64,000 bases of DNA from an uncultured Candidatus Micrarchaeota archaeon (GTDB lineage: Archaea; Micrarchaeota; Micrarchaeia; Anstonellales; Bilamarchaeaceae). The first letter of the stretch is position 1. Each line of letters begins with the position of its first letter. Position numbers and translations under genes: made by a program. Location: contig OY970229.1 of assembly GCA_963714085.1 (NCBI GenBank), forward strand, positions 736,001 to 800,000, read 5' to 3'. The notes under the pieces were generated by a model. It searched no databases, was not told where the DNA came from, and saw only the letters and a list, made by a program, of their open reading frames with translations. This document shows, piece after piece, positions 1 to 10,243 of this stretch.

Positions 1-49
1 CCGTGGCTGCCAGGAGCGAAAGCGCGAACAGCAGCCGTAAAGGGTTCAT
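1..49 (-). CDS. 5' end of a secreted protein (runs off window start)
   Basis: ATG at 49-47 gives MNPLRLLFALSLLAAT (signal-peptide-like); TTTATAAA at 73-80. Confidence 0.5.
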   Translation of the reverse strand, partial: MNPLRLLFALSLLAAT

Positions 50-142
50 ACGACGTAGATGGGATTCCCTTATTTATAAAGATATTTTAGAAAGACAATC
101 TGCCAAAAAGTCTATTTAAATAAGCGAAAACAGGATGATTGC

Positions 143-997
143 GTGATTGAAATGGAAATCAAAAACGTGCTTGTAATAATCCTTTTGGCAATGCTTCTGG
201 CTGCCGTATTGATTATCGGGTTCGTTGTTGGGACGGGTGACACGAAAGAGAATGCGGCACCCGAGAACGTGAGCGTGAGTCCGGTGATTGTATCGGATAA
301 CTTAACCGCGTCTGGGGATACGATGCAAAAAAATACCACGCTGATAACCTTGATAGGCACTGCTACGGAAACGGTTCCATATGATACAGCCTCTTTCGAG
401 GTGGACCTTGCGGTCGTGGACGATTCAGCATGCAGTAACGAATCGGGATTGGAAGAGGTTTATGTGCAGACCGAACAGGAGGTTATTGACATATTAGGCT
501 CCTACGGCATAAATAAAAGCGACATGAGCACGAAATCATTTTATGAGGGCAGCTGTTCTATTGAACAGGATTTTATCGTCAGAACGGGGGATGTGGAAAA
601 CCTGACGAGAATGTTCTACGAGCTCAGTAAAAATAACAAGGCCGTTGGCAGTTATTCCGTAAGCATAAGCACTTCCATCTGTCAGCTGGGGCTTAAAGAT
701 GCGACAAAAAAAGAATTGTCAAGAAAGCTTCGAAGCGAAGCGCTGCAAGATGCCGTTGGAGAGTTCAATTATACATTCGGAGATTCTGGAGAGATAAAGC
801 AGATAGAAGATCGCGGCCTTGAAACCCGCGACAGCATGGCTTCGAATTATGATCCATATAGCTGTGAGCAGTATAGTTTCGTATATGGTAGTTCCACCCT
901 GCCGCTGGATGATGTTATGGATTTCGTACCGGAAACCATTGCGGATTATACTGTTTCAGTGGCATACGAAATGGCTGCTGACGAGGTGAATGTATGA
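143..997 (+). CDS. SIMPL/DUF541-like membrane-anchored protein
   Basis: N-terminal TM helix; ITLIGTATETVPYDTA and ELSRKLRSEALQDA match the SIMPL pattern; AT-rich. Confidence 0.55.
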   Translation: MIEMEIKNVLVIILLAMLLAAVLIIGFVVGTGDTKENAAPENVSVSPVIVSDNLTASGDTMQKNTTLITLIGTATETVPYDTASFEVDLAVVDDSACSNESGLEEVYVQTEQEVIDILGSYGINKSDMSTKSFYEGSCSIEQDFIVRTGDVENLTRMFYELSKNNKAVGSYSVSISTSICQLGLKDATKKELSRKLRSEALQDAVGEFNYTFGDSGEIKQIEDRGLETRDSMASNYDPYSCEQYSFVYGSSTLPLDDVMDFVPETIADYTVSVAYEMAADEVNV

Positions 998-2418
998 AAA
1001 ATATTATCGCAATTGCAATGCTCATGCTTGTAATGTTCGCTGGATGCGTTTCGACGCCTTTTGTGCAGCCAGCGGCGCCGGCCAAGGAGCAGGTCGGGGA
1101 ACAGTTGCAGAACGCCACCGTTCCGGGCGCGGAGGAGCTGATAAAAGCGAGCGGCGATGAGAACGTCGGCGTAGTAGAGATATACGCGGAAAAATCCAGC
1201 GGCAAGTGGCTTTTTCCCACGACGGATTACAACGGCCAGTTCGAAACCATGGGGTTGTACAGCTCTGCGTTCGTGATGCTCAATAGAACGCAGATACAGT
1301 GGCTGGGCGATGGCGAATCCATCTGGCTCACCCCCATGATAAGCAATGGGAGTGGTGTGCTGTTCAACGCGGTTTATGAGAACGATGCGGTGAATTGCAC
1401 CTCCGGCCAGATCAGCATCCTTGGCAAGAACTACTCGCTCTCAGACTTCGGCCAAGGAACCGGCTTCCAAGGCGACGACAAATGGAAAATAGAGCGTGAC
1501 CCGAGCACCGGATGCCCGAAAAGGGTCATCATCTACCTGGACGGCTACTTCTACGGCCTGAAGGACAACGAGACCATACCGCTTTTCAGGAACGACAATA
1601 CCATTCTCCTTAAATTCTACGGTTTGGAGGCTTCCGCGGTAGTCGAAGTGATAGGAACGAAACTGCCCGAAGCGCCTCGGATAACCCAGAATGCGAATGG
1701 ACAATCTCAAGACACTTCAATCCAAAATACGAGCAATCAGTCCGTTGAGAGCGCCACAAATGCTGTTGAAACAGATAATACCAATTTCACAGATGAATTC
1801 AGCGAAGAGGTATATAATCTTACGCAGTCAACCGGGTCGGATGGTATGACCTTGCGATTCAATCCACCCGTAGAGGTATGCTCGGATTATAACCCTGCGG
1901 CAATCGGACTGTTAACAGAAGATGACCATGTGCGCATCAACATCAGCGGGCAAGTCTGGGTGATATCAAAGTTAGAAAATGGTCCGAACGATACCAGTCT
2001 TGTTCTTGCGAAAGAAGGAACCGGCGCAGTTCTGCTTGCGAATCAACTGAATCAGAGCGTCCTCCTTGATGGGGATAATTTAACCTTCGAAGATTATGAT
2101 AACCCACAAAACGGGTATCATGGAGCAAATAACATTGAGACATTTAGCTATAGAAATCAGACTTTCGACATGACAGATGGGGAAACGATTCCATTCCAAG
2201 ACGGTTATCTGAGAATCTGGAGCTCTTCCGGCACATATCAATTTGGTCCGTACTATGTCGATCTCTCTTATCTTACTGACCAGATCGATCTTGAGGACCC
2301 GGCGAATAACGTGACTGTCGGTTGGGTGGACTCAAATACGTGTGGAAACATGTCAGTCAGCACAATCTTCGTCCCGCGGAGCAGCCCGATATTCGCGAAC
2401 CTGACCGGAAACGCGTGA
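994..2418 (+). CDS. Surface lipoprotein, possibly S-layer-related
   Basis: Lipobox MFAGC after hydrophobic stretch; Asn/Thr/Asp-rich with many N-x-S/T sequons; 4-nt overlap with upstream gene. Confidence 0.6.
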   Translation: MKNIIAIAMLMLVMFAGCVSTPFVQPAAPAKEQVGEQLQNATVPGAEELIKASGDENVGVVEIYAEKSSGKWLFPTTDYNGQFETMGLYSSAFVMLNRTQIQWLGDGESIWLTPMISNGSGVLFNAVYENDAVNCTSGQISILGKNYSLSDFGQGTGFQGDDKWKIERDPSTGCPKRVIIYLDGYFYGLKDNETIPLFRNDNTILLKFYGLEASAVVEVIGTKLPEAPRITQNANGQSQDTSIQNTSNQSVESATNAVETDNTNFTDEFSEEVYNLTQSTGSDGMTLRFNPPVEVCSDYNPAAIGLLTEDDHVRINISGQVWVISKLENGPNDTSLVLAKEGTGAVLLANQLNQSVLLDGDNLTFEDYDNPQNGYHGANNIETFSYRNQTFDMTDGETIPFQDGYLRIWSSSGTYQFGPYYVDLSYLTDQIDLEDPANNVTVGWVDSNTCGNMSVSTIFVPRSSPIFANLTGNA

Positions 2419-2481
2419 TAACAATAAAAACATTCCCCACGAACTCTAGAACCAGGCAAGGAACTTTTTCAGGGTGAGAAC

Positions 2482-2817
2482 GTGGATGAAGGGAAAGGAG
2501 GAAGGGGAGAGAAGCCGTCCAAGAGGTTCGAGATTCCGAAACCCGTCGCAGTGGGGGACGAGGTGGACGTCACCATAGAGAGCGTCGGCGGCCAGGGGGA
2601 TGGCATCGCGAAGGTGAGCGGTTTCGTCGTCTTCGTGAAGGGCGCCAAGAAGGACGAGCACATAAAGATCAGGATCACGGACCTGAAAAGGACCTACGCC
2701 ATAGGCGAGAAGGTCGGCGAGGCGTCCGCGCCTGGCGGAGAGCCTTCCGAAGAGCCGGAAAGCGCCGAGGCTGAGGAAGGGGATACTGCAGAAGAAGAGG
2801 ACGAGGGCGACGCGTAG
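2482..2817 (+). CDS. Single TRAM-domain RNA-binding protein with acidic tail
   Basis: PVAVGDEVDVTIESVGGQGDGIAKVSGFVVFV is typical of archaeal TRAM proteins. Confidence 0.9.
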   Translation: MDEGKGGRGEKPSKRFEIPKPVAVGDEVDVTIESVGGQGDGIAKVSGFVVFVKGAKKDEHIKIRITDLKRTYAIGEKVGEASAPGGEPSEEPESAEAEEGDTAEEEDEGDA

Positions 2818-2871
2818 GCGCGCTCCTTTTTTTTATCTTATCCGCTGTTTTTTGTCAGGCTGGAGAAACGG

Positions 2872-3069
2872 CTACCCTTTCGGTGCAGTTGCTGCCAGAG
2901 CGCCACCGGCGAAGACCAGACCCATACCGCCTACGAGCACCATTCCGGATGTAAACCCTGAGCCTGCAGTCGCGTTGATAGTACCGGGCAAGAGAGTGCT
3001 TGCCATTGCACCGAGGCCTGCAGCTACTCCAGCCCATCCGAGCGTTCCTTGACCGATTAAATTTGCCAT
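2872..3069 (-). CDS. Small Gly/Ala-rich two-helix membrane protein
   Basis: 65 aa with two hydrophobic segments; TTTAAA box just upstream of ATG; fills the gap between genes. Confidence 0.6.
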   Translation of the reverse strand: MANLIGQGTLGWAGVAAGLGAMASTLLPGTINATAGSGFTSGMVLVGGMGLVFAGGALAATAPKG

Positions 3070-3184
3070 AATTAAGTTACCCTTCCGGAGTTTAAATACT
3101 TTTCGGTATCGTCATCAAAACTGGTTTTGCATGGCTGGGGTGGCATGGCGGATGTTTTTAAATTGTTCCATTAATTATACTTTT

Positions 3185-3847
3185 ATGTTAACCGGTAAGG
3201 AGCTCAGGCATGAGAAATTCCGCAGGCTGAAGAAGGCCGCTAAGAAGGTCGCGAGGGAGTTCAAGCCTCCCCTGGTCGGGATAATCCAGGAATACAGGGC
3301 GGACAAGAAGGCAGGAAGGCCCACGCGCTTTTGGAGCGAATGCGGCATCTGGGGGGCGCAGGTTCTCGCGTCGCTTGCGATCAACCGCGCCACCGCCACA
3401 TGTGTCGGCGTGGGCGCATGGGACCCTACTCTCCAGCAGGGATCCGGTCGCATGCTCACAGACGCCAGCCCGACATCGTTGACGGTTTCCGCCGCGATAG
3501 CGAGCTCCATACCACCGCATTATGCGAACCCGGTCCAGGCGCTCGAATACTCGATGTGCATCATCCGCATATGGACTGAGAGGTGGGCATGGAAAAAGAC
3601 CGGGATAACGGGGGATGTGGCGGGCCCGGCCCTCAATCCGTTGACCGCAGGTGCGATTGAGATGACGCTCAAACTCGTGGAGAAGCAGCCGGCTGACGAG
3701 TTCACGAGGCTTATGATAGGTATCAACGGCATATTCGGCAATGCCGTGAGGATGGTGGAGGCCGGCCTGCTGGTTCTCGCGTACCATGGGACCAAGAGAT
3801 GGCACAGGAAACACGAGGCGCCTTCAGAACAACAGCCTGCGTCCTGA
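3185..3847 (+). CDS. Hypothetical protein
   Basis: Long ORF with host-like codon use; ATG 3185 follows TTTTTAAA box. Confidence 0.6.
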   Translation: MLTGKELRHEKFRRLKKAAKKVAREFKPPLVGIIQEYRADKKAGRPTRFWSECGIWGAQVLASLAINRATATCVGVGAWDPTLQQGSGRMLTDASPTSLTVSAAIASSIPPHYANPVQALEYSMCIIRIWTERWAWKKTGITGDVAGPALNPLTAGAIEMTLKLVEKQPADEFTRLMIGINGIFGNAVRMVEAGLLVLAYHGTKRWHRKHEAPSEQQPAS

Positions 3848-3857
3848 CAAAAGGGCC

Positions 3858-4988
3858 TCACTTGTAGTGGATGCGGTTGAGAAGCACTACCGCCAAAAGC
3901 ACGCCCACCAGCCCCAGGCTCAGCGCTACCGTACGGATGGTTTCCGTGCTGAAGGCGAGCGACGGCCGCGAATCCGAGGGCGATGAGGGCCCTCCCAGCT
4001 CAGTGGTGTTGCCCGAATACGAAAGCATCCTGGAAAGGAGCTCCTGCTGGAAAGAGTGGTTGTCACCGAAAAACGACTCCTCCTCTAGCGAGAGCGTGTT
4101 CTCCCCGATGCCCTGGTACGAATAGTTGAAGCCGTAGAGGTAGGCATAGGTGAAGTTGTCGTGCGCCAATGCCGTCGGCGTGTTGAAGGCCTGGTAGCCT
4201 GCGACGCCGCCAGCAGGTCCGAGCGGGACCGAGACCACGTGCCATGCGCCGTAGCTGTCGTTGGTGACGTTGAACGCGTAGAGCCGGAACTGGTAGGACT
4301 GATCTCCGGGACCGGTGATCGCGCCCTTGTAGACCCTGGAGTCGGAGAAAAGGACGGTGTCGAACTCGTTGTCCATGTACCACTGCTCGCCCAGGACCGG
4401 CGCGCTGAGGAAGAAAAGCGTGCGGTTCCCCTCCACGGTCCAGTTCATGGCATCCGTGACGACCAGTGAGGAATTCGCGGAGCAGCCGGGCGCCTGGTCG
4501 CCGTAGAGGAAGTCGAAGGTCGCGTTGATCCGCACCTGCAGCGGGTCCATGCCGCTGGTGTTCGCCATGGCCGCGACTATGTCCTGCGGCACGGGGACGA
4601 CGTTTGAATCCGTGACCACGACATCGCTGGCATTCTGGAAGGCGAAGCTCACCGCGGCAGAGCGTGACACGGACGGCTGGGTGCAGTTGCCGCCCGGAGC
4701 CAGCTGGGCGCCGGCTCCCCAGGCGAAGATCAGGATGGACGAGGCTGGGTAGGTCGCATTGTCCACCGAGGGCTCCATTGCCACCAGCTTCACGGACGCG
4801 GCCATCGTGCTTAGGACCGTGCCGTTGAGATCCACGGTGCCGTTGACCCCGATGGCTGGCATGTAGGAATCGTTCAAAGACGCCGCGATGGCGAGGTTGT
4901 GCGCAGTGACATTGGCCAATGGCGGGTCGCTGTAGAGCGCGCTGAAGGCCGTGGAAAGCAGGAGCAGGAGAACGATCGCCGTCCGCAT
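3858..4988 (-). CDS. Secreted protein with C-terminal membrane anchor
   Basis: Signal peptide MRTAIVLLLLLSTAFS, many sequons, C-terminal TM. Confidence 0.75.
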   Translation of the reverse strand: MRTAIVLLLLLSTAFSALYSDPPLANVTAHNLAIAASLNDSYMPAIGVNGTVDLNGTVLSTMAASVKLVAMEPSVDNATYPASSILIFAWGAGAQLAPGGNCTQPSVSRSAAVSFAFQNASDVVVTDSNVVPVPQDIVAAMANTSGMDPLQVRINATFDFLYGDQAPGCSANSSLVVTDAMNWTVEGNRTLFFLSAPVLGEQWYMDNEFDTVLFSDSRVYKGAITGPGDQSYQFRLYAFNVTNDSYGAWHVVSVPLGPAGGVAGYQAFNTPTALAHDNFTYAYLYGFNYSYQGIGENTLSLEEESFFGDNHSFQQELLSRMLSYSGNTTELGGPSSPSDSRPSLAFSTETIRTVALSLGLVGVLLAVVLLNRIHYK

Positions 4989-4992
4989 GGGC

Positions 4993-6888
4993 TCACAGTA
5001 CCTCGTCGAGCTGCTCGAGCGTGATGAACCTGAACGTGCCGTTGGCCATCCTTATGCGCAATGCCGCCAGCGACTTCGCGTCCATGGCGTCGAGTATGGA
5101 GGACATCTCCCGCTGGTCCTCTATGACCGCGGCAGCGTTCTTCGTGAACTTGTCCCCGAAGAAGCCTATCTCCATCCTGTCGGTCACGAAGTGCCTGCCC
5201 CGCATCCTGAAGGCCACGCCTGCCTGGATGAGCCGGTCCCGTATCATGCGGACCATGGCGTTGCGCTTCACGTCGCCTTCGCCCTTGAGCTGGTAGTGCT
5301 GCCTGTAGGACTCCAGGAAGCCCTTGCGCACCAGCCGCTGAAGGATCTCCTCGACGTTGCCGTCCGTGACGTCTGCGCCGTCGGTGACGAACCGCTTGAG
5401 CGCCACGGAGTACTCGTGCGCGGTTATCGGGCTGTGGCCGATGCCGAGCTCCTTTCGAGCGGACTTGAAGAGCGAGAGCGCGGTGTCCACGCCCATCCCG
5501 ACGTCCTTCCTGATCTCCCCGACGGTCTCGCCCACCCTGAGGACGTAGACCGGCCTGCGGGTCATCCTGGCGCCGAAGTAGATGAGCACGACGAGGATCA
5601 GGCAGGGTATCCCGTAGGTGATGTAGACGCCCTCGAGGGAGAGCTGCGAATACCCTACGCTTACGTCCCTTTCCGTGCCTAGCAGCGACATGTGGAACGT
5701 GTTGTTGCCCTGCTGGAGCTGGGCCGGGACCATGAGCACGCCTTCGGACACGTAGAACTCCTTCTCCAGGGTCGAGTTGCCGAGGTGGACCGTGGCCTCC
5801 TCGTTGTCCACCGGCGCGCCGTCCACGGTCACGTTGAACAGGTACGACACGCCCTCCTGGCCCAGGTAGCCTATCTCCAGGTCCTTGACATGGATGATCC
5901 CGCCCCCGAGCACGCCCGAATCATCCGATATGAGCAGGATGTTGTCGCCAGGCTCGCTGAGCTGGATCCGTTCCGGGAAATAGTTCGTCTCCGTGACGCT
6001 GCCGAGGTCCTTGGTGTAGACCACGGCCCCTTCGTCGGTGACGTTCATAACCGCGTCCCCGAATGTCTGGCCCAGGGAGAACGAGATGTCGCATTTCTCC
6101 CATGGGAAGAGCGACTGCGGGGAGATGTCCACGGCTATTTTAGGCGCAGGCAACCGGCCCGAGTCCACGAAACCTTCCTGGCCGTCGGTCACCGCTATGG
6201 CGCGCAGGTATTCCGAACCGTTCATGTCAAGCGAGTAGGTCTGCATGCCATTGCCGGAGACCAGGGCGTTCGCCCTTTGGGCCACGGCCCAGCTGTTCTC
6301 CAGGATGTCGTTCCGCAGCGAGAGGTTGGCGTCCACGAACTCGTCCGGGCTCTTGTCGTAGAGGACGACCCTGGCCCTCTGCGACGCATTGAGCTCTGAG
6401 TACCAGTCTTCCTGGGTCACGCCGTTGCCGAGCACGAGGTCGGGCTTGCCGACATAGACTATCACGGCGTCTGTGGTTCCGTAGCGCAGGTCCTCCAGGA
6501 TGTAGTATGGCATGGCGCCGGTCGCAGCCACGACAACGGTCCCGTTGACGAGCATCTCAGCGCCGGTCACCGAGACGTTCATGCCGTAGTCCTCGAGCGG
6601 CATGAGGTCCTGGACGAAAGGCGATACGTTCCCCGGCGCGGCCGAGTCGTTGAATATCACGACGCGGGCGAGCGGGGGGGACAGGTACGAGAGCAGGGTG
6701 ACGTTGACGGTGCCGTTCAGGTCCAGATACGCGTAGCCGTAATCCCCGGCGCGACCGAGCCCGGTTATCGTGAAGTATCCGCTCCCGTTGCCGGCCGCTG
6801 CCGGCTGGCTGGGAGGCGCGAAAAGCGCGAGCACTGTTATTGCTGCGGCGGCGATCAGGATTGCCAGCACCGCGTACCTGAGTTTCAT
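4993..6888 (-). CDS. Membrane protein with large extracellular region and cytoplasmic C-terminal domain
   Basis: N-terminal hydrophobic segment, second TM (YGIPCLILVVLIYFG), basic C-terminal domain; overlaps pheS stop. Confidence 0.75.
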   Translation of the reverse strand: MKLRYAVLAILIAAAAITVLALFAPPSQPAAAGNGSGYFTITGLGRAGDYGYAYLDLNGTVNVTLLSYLSPPLARVVIFNDSAAPGNVSPFVQDLMPLEDYGMNVSVTGAEMLVNGTVVVAATGAMPYYILEDLRYGTTDAVIVYVGKPDLVLGNGVTQEDWYSELNASQRARVVLYDKSPDEFVDANLSLRNDILENSWAVAQRANALVSGNGMQTYSLDMNGSEYLRAIAVTDGQEGFVDSGRLPAPKIAVDISPQSLFPWEKCDISFSLGQTFGDAVMNVTDEGAVVYTKDLGSVTETNYFPERIQLSEPGDNILLISDDSGVLGGGIIHVKDLEIGYLGQEGVSYLFNVTVDGAPVDNEEATVHLGNSTLEKEFYVSEGVLMVPAQLQQGNNTFHMSLLGTERDVSVGYSQLSLEGVYITYGIPCLILVVLIYFGARMTRRPVYVLRVGETVGEIRKDVGMGVDTALSLFKSARKELGIGHSPITAHEYSVALKRFVTDGADVTDGNVEEILQRLVRKGFLESYRQHYQLKGEGDVKRNAMVRMIRDRLIQAGVAFRMRGRHFVTDRMEIGFFGDKFTKNAAAVIEDQREMSSILDAMDAKSLAALRIRMANGTFRFITLEQLDEVL

Positions 6889-8240
6889 CGGTTCAACCTT
6901 GTCCTTTTGAGGAAGTCTATGTCGTTCCTGTAGAAAGCGCGTATGTCATCTAGCCCGAGCGTGATCATGAGCGGCCGCTCGAGCGAGAGCCCCCAGGCGA
7001 GCACAGGGTACACGCCTGCGAGCGGGATGCTGACCTCGGGCCTGAATATGCCGGCGCCGCCGAGTTCCAGCCACTGGCCCCTGGGCTCGTAGTAGACCTC
7101 CACCTCGAGGCTGGGCTCGGTGTAGGGGAAGAAGCTCGGACGGAAGCGTATCTTCTCGAAGCCGAGCTTGCGGTAGAATTCCTTGATGACACCCAGCAGG
7201 TCTGCGAAGGTCGCCCCCTCCCAGGCGATTATGCCCTCCACCTGGTGGAACTCCGCCAGGTGCTTGAAGTCCGTGGCCTCGTTCCTGAAGACCCTGCCTA
7301 TGGCGAAGAACTTCTTCGGTTTCCCGGGCTTCACGGATGAGAGGTAGCGGGCGCTGAGCGCGGTGGTGTGAGTCCGGAGCACTGTGCGCTTGGCCTCTGC
7401 CTCGCTCCACCTGTATTTCCATCCCTTCTCGTGGGCGTCCTTCACCTTCTTCACGAGGCCCTTGTCGGACGGGAGCGGGCTCTCGCCCCTGAGGTAGAAT
7501 GTGTCTGCCAGGTCCCTCGCGGGATGGTCCTGGGGCTGGAAGAGCGCGTCGAAATTCCAGAATGTGGACTCCACTATGGAGCCGTCCATCTCCTCGAAGC
7601 CCATCTCCGTCATTATGGAGGACAGGCGATCTTTGAAGGCGCTTATCACGTGCGCCTTGCCCAGCTGGGCGTCTGCTGCGGGCGCGGAGATGTCGAACTC
7701 CGGCATCTGCTCCGGGAGCGGCTTGCCACTGTACTTGACCACCGTGCGCCGCTCGGCCTTCTTCCTCACCAGGTTGCGCATGAACAGCTCGTCGAGCATC
7801 GCCGTGTCTGAGAGGGACCCGGACTCCTGCAGCTTTGCGAACGCCTCGGACATCCTGCGCTCTGCTGCGAGCACCTCTTCCTGGCTTTTCCTGGCCAGTA
7901 GCGCGCCCTTGTCGATCTCCACGAAGCCCTTCTTCCTGGCCCAGGGCAGGCCGAACTGCTTCTCCTCCTGGGATAGGGCGGACACGGGCTTGCCTGCAGC
8001 CGCTGCCCTGTAGACCCTGGCTTCCGGAGTGCCGCCTCCGGCGTAGCCCTTGAACTCTTCGGTTGGCGTGATGACCAGGCTCTCCACGGTGTCGACCGTG
8101 GCGTATCCCTCGCCTTTGAGCGACTCCACTATCCTCCGCACGCTGTCGACGTTCAGGCCCGACTCCTGCGCGAGCTGCTCCAGGCCGAGCTCGTTCCTCT
8201 GGGCGAGAATCCTGAGCACCGTGTCCTCTCCCTTGTACAT
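6885..8240 (-). CDS. pheS: Phenylalanine-tRNA ligase alpha subunit (archaeal type)
   Basis: FWNFDALFQPQDHPARD, LRTHTT, FRNE, FPYTEPS motifs. Confidence 0.97.
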   Translation of the reverse strand: MYKGEDTVLRILAQRNELGLEQLAQESGLNVDSVRRIVESLKGEGYATVDTVESLVITPTEEFKGYAGGGTPEARVYRAAAAGKPVSALSQEEKQFGLPWARKKGFVEIDKGALLARKSQEEVLAAERRMSEAFAKLQESGSLSDTAMLDELFMRNLVRKKAERRTVVKYSGKPLPEQMPEFDISAPAADAQLGKAHVISAFKDRLSSIMTEMGFEEMDGSIVESTFWNFDALFQPQDHPARDLADTFYLRGESPLPSDKGLVKKVKDAHEKGWKYRWSEAEAKRTVLRTHTTALSARYLSSVKPGKPKKFFAIGRVFRNEATDFKHLAEFHQVEGIIAWEGATFADLLGVIKEFYRKLGFEKIRFRPSFFPYTEPSLEVEVYYEPRGQWLELGGAGIFRPEVSIPLAGVYPVLAWGLSLERPLMITLGLDDIRAFYRNDIDFLKRTRLNR

Positions 8241-8241
8241 C

Positions 8242-9063
8242 TCATTCCTCCCTTTTCTTCTTGGCTATGGTTATGTACACGTAGCTCCCCACGAGTATGG
8301 CGATGATCGCGAGGAATGCCATGCCGTGCTGGCTGTTGACCGTGTTCTGGAGATTCTGCAACGCATTCGTGAAGTAATCCCCGACCTCCTGGTCTATGGT
8401 CTTCTCCACGTCGAAGACCACGGAGAACCGCGCGAGCACCATGTCGTTCCACGAGTAGACCTCCCCGTTGGCGCTGCCCTGGGAGGTCGTCGGCGAGGGA
8501 TTGATCTCCACGATGCTGCTTCCCTGGGGCAGCTCCAGCGTGAGCCAGATGTCGGGACCGAGCAGCGTGGTGCCGCCGGCTACCGATGTGAAGGACAGGG
8601 CGTCCGGGTTGAGCGAGTACCTCGTGGTCCTCGGCTTGTAATTATACATCGCGAAGAGGCCGGTGCCGTTTATGGGGACGGAATTGTTGTATACGGGCGT
8701 CACGGTATATGCCATCCTCAGCTCGCCGTGGCACAGGTCCAGGAACGGGTTGCACTCCGTCATGGGCTGAGGCTGGAGCCCGAAATTCTCTATCACCACC
8801 AGCGCCGGGTTGACGTGCTCCCTGACGTCGCTTAGATTGATGAGGGTGGACCAGCTGTCCAGGCCGCTGGAGGACTCCAGGGCGCTGTCATAGAGCTGCT
8901 CTGACAGGTTGCCCCTGACGATGAATTTGATGGATTCGACGACCTGTGCCGAGCCGTCGGCCTGGATGTTGGATATGTTGACATGGACGGATTCGAGCGT
9001 GAAATCAGCGCTGACCAGTGCTGCCAGTGAGAGCATTATGACGAAAAACAACAGGCCTCTCAT
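8242..9063 (-). CDS. Secreted protein with C-terminal TM anchor
   Basis: Signal peptide; C-terminal TM followed by KKKREE. Confidence 0.75.
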   Translation of the reverse strand: MRGLLFFVIMLSLAALVSADFTLESVHVNISNIQADGSAQVVESIKFIVRGNLSEQLYDSALESSSGLDSWSTLINLSDVREHVNPALVVIENFGLQPQPMTECNPFLDLCHGELRMAYTVTPVYNNSVPINGTGLFAMYNYKPRTTRYSLNPDALSFTSVAGGTTLLGPDIWLTLELPQGSSIVEINPSPTTSQGSANGEVYSWNDMVLARFSVVFDVEKTIDQEVGDYFTNALQNLQNTVNSQHGMAFLAIIAILVGSYVYITIAKKKREE

Positions 9064-9154
9064 GGATGTAATGTGACTGGTAACGTATAAAAAGTTATTT
9101 AAAGCGCGGCGGGCAAGAAGAATGAAATATCAACGATAGATCATCGGTGAAACT

Positions 9155-10243
9155 GTGAAACACACCATCGCTACCATAGGAAGCCATTCCGCCCTCGACG
9201 TGTGCGAGGGCGCCAAGGCGGAAGGGTTCAAGACGCTCGTGGCATGCCAGAGGGGCAGGGAGAGGACTTATCTCGGCCCTTATAAGACGAGGATGCGCGG
9301 CAAGGACGAGATCGGCGTGGTGGACGAGCTGCTCCTGCTGGACAAATTCTCCGAGATAGCCGGCCCGAAAGCGGTCGGATTCATGAAAGAGCGCGACGCT
9401 GTATTCGTCCCGAACCGCTCCTTCTGCGTCTACGTGGGCTATGACAATATCGAGAAGGGCTTCCCGATACCAATCTTCGGCAACCGGAGCCTGCTCAGGG
9501 CCGAGGAGCGCGATGCCCCGAAGAACCAGTATTACCTCATGGAGAAGGCCGGAGTGCGGTTCCCCAAAGAGATCAGGACCCCGGACAAGATAGACCGGCT
9601 AGCGATAGTCAAGGTGTCCGAGGCCAAGCGGAGCTACGAGAGGGCTTTCTTCCTCGCCAGGAATCCGGATGAATACCGGCAGAAAAGCGGCGAGCTGTTG
9701 AAGTCCGGAAAGATCACCGAGGACGGGCTGAGGAAGGCGAAGATAGAGGAGTACGTGATAGGCGCGCACTTCAACCTGAATTTCTTCTATTCCCCGCTGC
9801 ACGGCGAGCTCGAGCTGATGGGAGTGGACACCCGCAGGCAGACCAATCTCGACGGATTCCTGAGGATGCCCGCGGACCAGCAGCTGGAGACGCTCAAGGT
9901 CGCGCAGCCGACTACGATTGAAGTCGGGCACATCGCCTGCACGCTCCGCGAGTCGCTCCTGGAGCAGGTCTTCGAGCTCGGCGAGAGGTTCGTGCATGCG
10001 GTAGAGAAGGAGTATCCGCCCGGCATAATCGGGCCCTTCGCGCTGCAGGGGGCGTTCTTAGAGGAAGGCAGGGAGGAGTTCGTCTGCTTCGACGTCTCGC
10101 TCCGCATCCCGGGCTCTCCCGGCACGCGCTTCACTCCGTACTCCGGCTATTTGTTCAGGGAGAACATCTCATTCGGCCGCAGGATAGCCATGGAGATAAG
10201 GGACGCTGAAAAAAAGAAGATGATGGAAGCGGTAACGACTTAG
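9155..10243 (+). CDS. purP: PurP-family ATP-grasp FAICAR synthetase
   Basis: IATIGSHSAL, FVPNRS, GNR, GIIGPFALQ motifs. Confidence 0.9.
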   Translation: MKHTIATIGSHSALDVCEGAKAEGFKTLVACQRGRERTYLGPYKTRMRGKDEIGVVDELLLLDKFSEIAGPKAVGFMKERDAVFVPNRSFCVYVGYDNIEKGFPIPIFGNRSLLRAEERDAPKNQYYLMEKAGVRFPKEIRTPDKIDRLAIVKVSEAKRSYERAFFLARNPDEYRQKSGELLKSGKITEDGLRKAKIEEYVIGAHFNLNFFYSPLHGELELMGVDTRRQTNLDGFLRMPADQQLETLKVAQPTTIEVGHIACTLRESLLEQVFELGERFVHAVEKEYPPGIIGPFALQGAFLEEGREEFVCFDVSLRIPGSPGTRFTPYSGYLFRENISFGRRIAMEIRDAEKKKMMEAVTT

